4,272 nucleotides of DNA from a virus. Lineage: Duplodnaviria > Heunggongvirae > Uroviricota > Caudoviricetes. The notes beneath the pieces were generated by a model, which was given only the letters and a program-made list of their open reading frames with translations, was not told the DNA's origin and ran no database searches. The stretch's first letter is position 1, and every line of letters begins with the position of its first letter. The stretch lies in the IMG/VR virus record IMGVR_UViG_2690316099_000012; one strand, written 5' to 3'. This document shows positions 1-4,272 of the stretch, piece after piece. Position numbers and translations under genes: made by a program.

Positions 1-579
1 CAGAGGCTGTCCGACAGGCTGGCCGGTCGCCGGATCATCATGACTGCGGATATAATCCGCCACCCGCTGAACATCACCGTCACCGGGGAGATTCGCCGTC
101 TGGTTGATCCCCGCCTGCGGTGTGATAAATGTCAGTTTTGTCCCTGCCGGGGCATTCCCCGCACGACCGGCACTTTCGGCTTCCACACTGACATTCAGCG
201 TACCGGCCTTACCGGTCAGGGAGGTGGTGATACGGTAAACCACGCCATCACTTCGCTGGAGAAGCACACCTTCCTTGATCCCCGCATCCGTGGTCAGCAT
301 CAGCTGAACCGGCCCGTCCCCCCGAGAGGCAGGCTTACGCATGACGCCCCAGAATGCACAGTGTTTCAGCAGTTCGGCTTCATCGGCTTCGGTCGGGATG
401 ATCTGACGCGCAATCCAGGCCAGATGCTCATGCTCCTGAGCAGATAACCCTGCCTGAGCGTAAGCAATGGCATTCAGGGTGGTTTCATTCACACCCGGCT
501 GCGAGCCGGGCAGGCGCTGGCTGATATCCTGCTGTGTCTGCGTGATTAACTGTGCCAGCGGTAAAGGCTGATAAGGCAT
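1..579 (-). CDS. Baseplate J-like wedge protein (Mu gp47 / P2 gpJ family), N-terminal 193 codons; 3' end beyond window start
   Basis: Not in the ORF track because it runs off the edge. Hand translation from ATG 579..577 gives MPYQPLPLAQLITQTQQDISQRLPGSQPGVNETTLNAIAYAQAGLSAQEHEHLAWIARQIIPTEADEAELLKHCAFWGVMRKPASRGDGPVQLMLTTDAGIKEGVLLQRSDGVVYRITTSL… with no stop through position 1. The start overlaps the gp46-like stop (TAATG). Family assignment rests on gene order and general resemblance to baseplate J N-terminal regions. Confidence 0.7.
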   Translation of the reverse strand, partial: MPYQPLPLAQLITQTQQDISQRLPGSQPGVNETTLNAIAYAQAGLSAQEHEHLAWIARQIIPTEADEAELLKHCAFWGVMRKPASRGDGPVQLMLTTDAGIKEGVLLQRSDGVVYRITTSLTGKAGTLNVSVEAESAGRAGNAPAGTKLTFITPQAGINQTANLPGDGDVQRVADYIRSHDDPATGQPVGQPL

Positions 580-1016
580 TACTCCCCCTTAAGATCAGCA
601 TAAAAAATCATGGGCCTCACTGAACCATCAGGCAGGGTTATGCGCACCGAAAGCGCCAGCCGCGCGTGTCCCACACGTTCTGCATGACAGACCACGGATG
701 ACGCCACGCCATCCTGACTGAGCCAGCCCAGCGCCTCATCCGCGTAAGCACGGGCACGGCTTATCACCGAGGCCAGCGTTTTTTCCCGGCTGAGAAGCCA
801 CAGACGGGAGCCAATGGGGCGCGGGCGAAAACTGTCTCCCCACCATCCCCGGCGGTCGCGCGTACCGTCAGGGATTTCATCCGATGCCAGCGCCCGGCGG
901 TCAGTAAACAGCGAAATCAGAACGGCCGTCAGCAGACTGTCATCCGTCAGCAGGTCGGCACCGTTCAGTTGCAGCGAACCGCATCCCTGATCCCACACAA
1001 TTGCAATATCAGCCAT
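579..1016 (-). CDS. Small baseplate protein, Mu gp46-like (GP46 family), 145 aa
   Basis: The track ORF 579..1160 is over-extended upstream into the spike gene. The supported start is ATG 1016..1014 (MADIAIVWDQ…), preceded by AGGAG and overlapping the spike stop within ATGGCTGA. The resulting 145 aa matches the roughly 140 aa of Mu gp46, and the gene sits between spike and baseplate J as in Mu. Stop is TAA at 581..579. Confidence 0.7.
   Translation of the reverse strand: MADIAIVWDQGCGSLQLNGADLLTDDSLLTAVLISLFTDRRALASDEIPDGTRDRRGWWGDSFRPRPIGSRLWLLSREKTLASVISRARAYADEALGWLSQDGVASSVVCHAERVGHARLALSVRITLPDGSVRPMIFYADLKGE
582..590 (-). promoter_or_regulatory. G-rich Shine-Dalgarno AAGGGGGAG for the baseplate J-like gene
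   Basis: Minus strand reads AAGGGGGAG, then TA, then ATG at 579..577. It lies inside the last codons of the gp46-like gene. Confidence 0.5.
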
Positions 1017-1620
1017 TCTCCGGCACTCCTGTCTTACTGCCTTCGCCGTTATCATGATGCACATGGCCGGAATACCGTATCCCTGCAATAACGGCATCCG
1101 ACATTGTGAACAGTCCCTGAGATTTCCCCGTACCCTCAAGCGCGAAATTACCCTTAACATGCAGGTTCTTATCCACCGTCACATTGCCCGTAAAGGTGGC
1201 TTCCGGCGTATCCACCCGCATCCCCTCGTCGGCGTAAATCTCCAGCATTTTGCATGTCACAATAATGCGGCCATCCTTTGTTAACCGTATCCGGTGCCCC
1301 TCATGGTGATACACCCCCGTATCTCCGGCTGTGAGTCCGGTCGGGCGGCTGCGCCGGTCTTCCACCACAAGCACCACAGTCTGATCCCGCTGTCCGCCCA
1401 GACAGGCAAAAAAGGTTTCCGCACCCGGCAGGGGAACGCTGATCTGCCCGTACTGCTGGGGACGCTCCACATCATCAAAGGTTTCGCCGTCCATGCCGGT
1501 GAGCTGCACATTCTGCATTTTCAGTTCGTCATGTGTGCCGGTCAGAACGCCCCGGCCAAACAACAGGCGAATACCGCGCGTTACCGGGGCAATCAGGCGG
1601 CTGAACACTTCATCATTCAT
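1009..1620 (-). CDS. Baseplate central spike / assembly protein V (P2 gpV / Mu gp45-like), 203 aa
   Basis: The track ORF 1009..1623 begins on a TTG; the next codon is ATG (1620..1618), which I take as the start (MNDEVFSRL…). The central region (…YGQISVPLPGAETFFACLGGQRDQTVVLVVEDRR…) resembles the gpV N-terminal fold. The C-terminus (…SGHVHHDNGEGSKTGVPENG*) carries the histidine cluster typical of gpV-type spike tips. Size is about 200 aa, as for Mu gp45. Stop is TGA at 1011..1009. Confidence 0.8.
   Translation of the reverse strand: MNDEVFSRLIAPVTRGIRLLFGRGVLTGTHDELKMQNVQLTGMDGETFDDVERPQQYGQISVPLPGAETFFACLGGQRDQTVVLVVEDRRSRPTGLTAGDTGVYHHEGHRIRLTKDGRIIVTCKMLEIYADEGMRVDTPEATFTGNVTVDKNLHVKGNFALEGTGKSQGLFTMSDAVIAGIRYSGHVHHDNGEGSKTGVPENG
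1026..1030 (-). promoter_or_regulatory. Shine-Dalgarno AGGAG for the gp46-like gene
   Basis: Minus strand reads AGGAGTGCCGGAGA followed by ATG at 1016..1014, a 9 nt spacer. It is embedded in the spike gene 3' end. Confidence 0.55.
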
Positions 1621-2737
1621 CAAAGCTGATCCCCTGTTTTTTCATCTGCTGGCGAATAAAGGCATCAACATCGTCACCGGAACCACCCCGGCCCTTACTG
1701 TCCGGCTCTGCCGGAACGATAAAGCCGTCACGCGGTGCCAGTACCAGCCGGGTGACTTCCCCGTTATGCTCATCAAGTAAAAACTCCACCTGACAGACCA
1801 GCAGTTCAGTCTGTTCTATACCGAAACGCAGGGCTGAAACACCGGTCAGCAGATTGACATCCCATAACCGGCCATCATCCCGGAACCAGCCACGCACGGT
1901 GGCAGAAAACCGTTCTGAACGGGCAATCGCACGGCGCATTTCACGCAGGGCACGCTGCCGTGCACCGGTGATGTCTGTCTGTTGATCGGCGAGGATGATT
2001 TTCGGCCGGTAGCGGCCGATCTGCTCATCACTGATGACGCCCACAGGTGCTGCCAGACGGGCGGCGGATTCGCTGTCTCCCCGTTTGCCACCACCGCGCC
2101 CGTGTCCCCGGACACGGTATTCGCTGTATCGTCCTCGCCAGTCCGTGTTGTAATCGGCATCAAGCAGGTTATCTCCCAGCACCAGTCTGTCCGTCTGCTG
2201 GCTTCCTGCCTGGGTGAACACCAGATCGCCGTCAGCATTACTGGTCACCAGCACCCCGCGATGCCGGGCAGCACGGGTCAGCGCATCCGCCACGGTTTCT
2301 GAGTTTTCCAGCGTAAAAGAGCTGAAGGGGCGTGCAGCCGTGTCGTCGTTAACCTGCCAGCGCACGGCTATCCCGAAGGGCGCACATAAATCTGCGGCAA
2401 TCTGTGCCAGCGTCCGGTTGCGCCACTGGCTGCCGGGATGGATGGCGGCACAGTCCACCAGGTCGCCGGTTTTATCCCGACCGCTGATGCTGATCTGATG
2501 ACGGGTTGCACTGATCCGCTGACTGACCTGATCCAGCCAGCCACTGATGACCGTCTGCCCGTTAATTCTGAGCGTCAGGGACTGACCGGTCCGCAGGGCT
2601 GAGGGGATGCGCTCACCGGGCAGCATCAGCCCCAGTTCAAACGACCCGGCCAGATGCTCCAGCGAGCGACGGACGCTGACCGTCAGCCAGCCGGAAAAAA
2701 TACTGCCGCCGATATACAGTTCAATCCTGCTGCTCAC
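1613..2737 (-). CDS. Baseplate hub protein, P2 gpD / Mu gp44 (P)-like, 374 aa, GTG start
   Basis: ORF-track ORF of 374 aa. The start codon is GTG (plus strand 2735..2737 is CAC) with a strong SD and overlaps the N-like gene by 17 nt. Size matches the roughly 380 aa of Mu gp44 and P2 gpD-type hubs, and it sits between the N-like and spike genes. Stop is TGA at 1615..1613. Confidence 0.7.
   Translation of the reverse strand: MSSRIELYIGGSIFSGWLTVSVRRSLEHLAGSFELGLMLPGERIPSALRTGQSLTLRINGQTVISGWLDQVSQRISATRHQISISGRDKTGDLVDCAAIHPGSQWRNRTLAQIAADLCAPFGIAVRWQVNDDTAARPFSSFTLENSETVADALTRAARHRGVLVTSNADGDLVFTQAGSQQTDRLVLGDNLLDADYNTDWRGRYSEYRVRGHGRGGGKRGDSESAARLAAPVGVISDEQIGRYRPKIILADQQTDITGARQRALREMRRAIARSERFSATVRGWFRDDGRLWDVNLLTGVSALRFGIEQTELLVCQVEFLLDEHNGEVTRLVLAPRDGFIVPAEPDSKGRGGSGDDVDAFIRQQMKKQGISFDE
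1630..1635 (-). promoter_or_regulatory. Weak Shine-Dalgarno AGGGGA for the spike gene
   Basis: Minus strand reads AGGGGATCAGCTTTG followed by ATG at 1620..1618, a 9 nt spacer. The spacing is long, so translation may depend mainly on coupling to the hub gene stop. Confidence 0.4.
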
Positions 2738-4079
2738 TGATCACCTCCACGCGGCGGCCACCCGGAACAAAAACCGGATCGGGGATATTGTTTCTGCGGA
2801 CAAAATACTGCCAGCGGCGGCTGTTACCGGTGGCACGGTACAGCGTGACCAGTGCCGGTTCGGTGGTTCGCACCATGACCTGAAAAGCACCGGGAAGATG
2901 CACGCTCCGCGTGGTTAAATCTTCTGTCAGCGCAAGCCCTGCATCACGTAATGCAAGGGCGGTGCCGGTATGGCCCTGTGCGGACAGATCCAGCACCTGT
3001 TGTTCCATGGCATCGCTCAAATCCCGGTTGATACGCTGCACATCAGCAGAACTTTCCAGCCAGGCCAGTCCGCCCGCACGGTCAGTATCCTGAACGTGCG
3101 TCGTATTCTGCCGGATGACCTGATCCAGCAGTTTTCCGACCGTCTGCGCCTGCGACACCAGGGCTGCACTCTGCATGACGCTCCGCAGCAGACGGATATT
3201 GTTCTGTGCCGCAGGCGTCAGACCAATCAGGCGCTGCGGATCATCCTGTTCGCTGAGGGTGTAACGCAGGGAAGAAAGTGTGCGGTACAGCTGCGGCATG
3301 GCCTGCTCTGTCGTGCTGTCACGGTTTGTGGTCAGGCTGCCGGACGGCGTTCCGGCTTTTCCGGTCAGCGACAGGGAAGGATCGCCGGGCAGCCCCGCCA
3401 GCACGGCAAACATTCCGGCCAGCGATTCAGCCATGCGACGGGGCGCATTAATCAGGGCGGCGGCATTCCCTTTCAGGGCAGTAAAACTGGCCGTAAAGGC
3501 ACTGATATCCTGCACAATCCCCATCCCTGAAACGGCATTCTCCAGCGCATCAATTTTATCGCTGATGGTGTCGGTCATGGCCTGTACATCATGCAGACCG
3601 TCTGAAATCACCGTCCAGCCGTCTGAAAGTGTGTTAAACAGCTGATTCATTGCTGAGCCGCTTTTCTGCTCCAGCGCAGCTGCCGTATCTTCTGCCACCG
3701 AAGGGGCGGTATCGTCACTGGCGGGGATCACGTTGATCGTGAACTCAACCGTTCCCTGCTCGCTGGCGTTATAACGGCTTTCAAAGCTGTTTATCAGCAC
3801 GTTTAACGTGCCGTAATCCGGGTGCATCAGTTCACCGGCACCGGGTGCACGCAGCGCATCACGCAGGCGGCTTCGCTGTGTCTGAAGATCGTCTCCGGTC
3901 ACTAGAACCGTGAATGTGAACTCCGGGAGTTTTGGCCCCAGATCATCCGCACCGCCGCTTTCACGCAGTGGGTATTCACGGCGCACAATGTTACGTCCGC
4001 CCCGTTCCCGCTGCTCCTGATAAACCAGGAACGGTACGCCACGAAAGGAGCCACGCCCCGGCGTGTCAGTAGAGGCCAT
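2721..4079 (-). CDS. Mu N-like 'DNA circulation' protein (Mu gp43 family), tail/baseplate-associated, 452 aa
   Basis: ORF-track ORF starting at ATG 4079 with a GGAGGG SD. The N-terminus (…GRGSFRGVPFLVYQEQ…) resembles, from memory, the conserved N-terminal domain of Mu N-like proteins. Size is close to the roughly 490 aa I recall for Mu N, and it sits immediately upstream of the hub gene as in Mu. Stop is TGA at 2723..2721. Confidence 0.7.
   Translation of the reverse strand: MASTDTPGRGSFRGVPFLVYQEQRERGGRNIVRREYPLRESGGADDLGPKLPEFTFTVLVTGDDLQTQRSRLRDALRAPGAGELMHPDYGTLNVLINSFESRYNASEQGTVEFTINVIPASDDTAPSVAEDTAAALEQKSGSAMNQLFNTLSDGWTVISDGLHDVQAMTDTISDKIDALENAVSGMGIVQDISAFTASFTALKGNAAALINAPRRMAESLAGMFAVLAGLPGDPSLSLTGKAGTPSGSLTTNRDSTTEQAMPQLYRTLSSLRYTLSEQDDPQRLIGLTPAAQNNIRLLRSVMQSAALVSQAQTVGKLLDQVIRQNTTHVQDTDRAGGLAWLESSADVQRINRDLSDAMEQQVLDLSAQGHTGTALALRDAGLALTEDLTTRSVHLPGAFQVMVRTTEPALVTLYRATGNSRRWQYFVRRNNIPDPVFVPGGRRVEVISEQQD
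2743..2748 (-). promoter_or_regulatory. Shine-Dalgarno GGAGGT for the hub gene (GTG start)
   Basis: Minus strand reads TGGAGGTGATCA followed by GTG at 2737..2735, a 5 nt spacer. A stop in the same frame at 2743..2741 lies just upstream, so the GTG is the first possible start. Confidence 0.6.
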
Positions 4080-4272
4080 AGTTCCCTCCGTTCCAGACGT
4101 TCACATCCAGGCCATGCTGTGCGGTATCATCCACATCAATACTGCGCGCCCGCCAGCCTTCAGGGGCCACAAGCTCCACCCGTGCGGCGGTTTTCGCGGT
4201 GGCCTGTCCGCCGTTTTCGTCACTGCTGCCACGCAGTTTCTGCCAGGCCTGCGTCAGCCAGCCCCCCAGATA
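4066..4272 (-). CDS. 3' end of upstream tail gene, putatively the tape measure protein C-terminus (partial; 5' end beyond window)
   Basis: Hand translation of the minus strand in the frame with codon low ends at 4270, 4267 and so on is open from the window edge to TGA at 4068..4066 (…SIDVDDTAQHGLDVNVWNGGNYGLY*). The other two minus frames here are broken or read as nonsense. Identity is inferred only from position upstream of the N-like gene, as in Mu; the fragment is too short to confirm. Confidence 0.45.
   Translation of the reverse strand, partial: YLGGWLTQAWQKLRGSSDENGGQATAKTAARVELVAPEGWRARSIDVDDTAQHGLDVNVWNGGNYGLY
4084..4089 (-). promoter_or_regulatory. Shine-Dalgarno GGAGGG for the N-like gene
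   Basis: Minus strand reads GGAGGGAACT followed by ATG at 4079..4077, a 4 nt spacer. It lies inside the 3' end of the upstream ORF. Confidence 0.6.

Noticed and set aside
40-447. Plus-strand ORF of 135 aa
   Set aside because: It lies fully antisense to the baseplate J-like gene, whose minus-strand frame is open and reads as a sensible protein. Its translation is Arg/Gly/Pro/Thr-rich nonsense typical of the reverse strand of GC-rich coding DNA, and it has no convincing SD.
1017-1160. N-terminal 48-codon extension of the gp46-like ORF as drawn in the track (start at 1160)
   Set aside because: The extension lies inside the spike coding region and reads as Cys/Arg-rich nonsense. The ATG at 1016 has an AGGAG SD and yields a protein of the expected size.
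1281-1511. Minus-strand ORF of 76 aa nested inside the spike gene
   Set aside because: It is an alternative frame within a well-supported CDS and its translation is Trp/Cys/Arg-rich nonsense. No overlapping gene is expected here.
1621-1623. TTG as the spike start codon, as implied by the track
   Set aside because: The adjacent ATG (1620..1618) is the more parsimonious initiator; the TTG is simply the first codon after the upstream in-frame stop.
1054-1780. Plus-strand ORFs 1054..1284, 1294..1629 and 1493..1780
   Set aside because: They are antisense to the spike and hub genes, short, mutually overlapping, and without SD or recognisable motifs.
1846-2238. Minus-strand ORF of 130 aa nested inside the hub gene
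   Set aside because: It is an out-of-frame ORF inside the hub CDS, with no SD and an implausible sequence.
1982-2498. Plus-strand ORFs 1982..2302 and 2214..2498
   Set aside because: They are antisense to the hub gene and have the same artefactual composition.
2739-2742. GATC (Dam) site between the hub gene's SD and its GTG start
   Set aside because: A single 4-mer is expected by chance at this density; nothing suggests a regulatory role.
2970-3530. Plus-strand ORF of 186 aa, with the overlapping plus ORFs 2607..2918, 2911..3093 and 3280..3645
   Set aside because: All are antisense to the N-like gene; their translations are low-complexity (Arg/Gln/Gly/Ser-rich) and there is no room for them in a tightly coupled operon. 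They are GC-rich antisense artefacts.
4104-4253. Alternative minus-strand frame upstream of the N-like gene ending at TGA 4103..4101
   Set aside because: It is bounded by a stop at 4256..4254, has no ATG, and reads as Arg/Pro-rich nonsense. The other frame is open to the window edge and protein-like.
1-4272. Search for CRISPR arrays, tandem or inverted repeats, tRNA or other ncRNA, insertion-sequence ends, or defence and toxin-antitoxin genes
   Set aside because: No repeated units, stable long hairpins or non-coding gaps were visible by eye. The whole window is accounted for by one structural operon, so I cannot support a novel system here from sequence alone.

Overview
The whole window is coding on the minus strand and reads as one tightly packed operon: the baseplate core of a Mu-like contractile tail (prophage or phage-derived element). 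In minus-strand transcription order it holds a 3' fragment of an upstream gene (probably tape measure), an N-like 'DNA circulation' protein, a gpD/gp44-like hub, a gpV/gp45-like spike, a gp46-like small baseplate protein and the 5' part of a baseplate J-like wedge gene. Every junction has overlapping start and stop codons, and there is no intergenic DNA, promoter, terminator, RNA gene, repeat array or mobile element. All plus-strand ORFs in the track look like antisense artefacts of GC-rich coding DNA. Family assignments rest on motifs recalled from memory, protein sizes and gene order; no search was run. I found no evidence of a novel or undescribed system here: the window is fully explained by a conventional tail module, and the most interesting details are the spike-tip histidine cluster and the overlap architecture.
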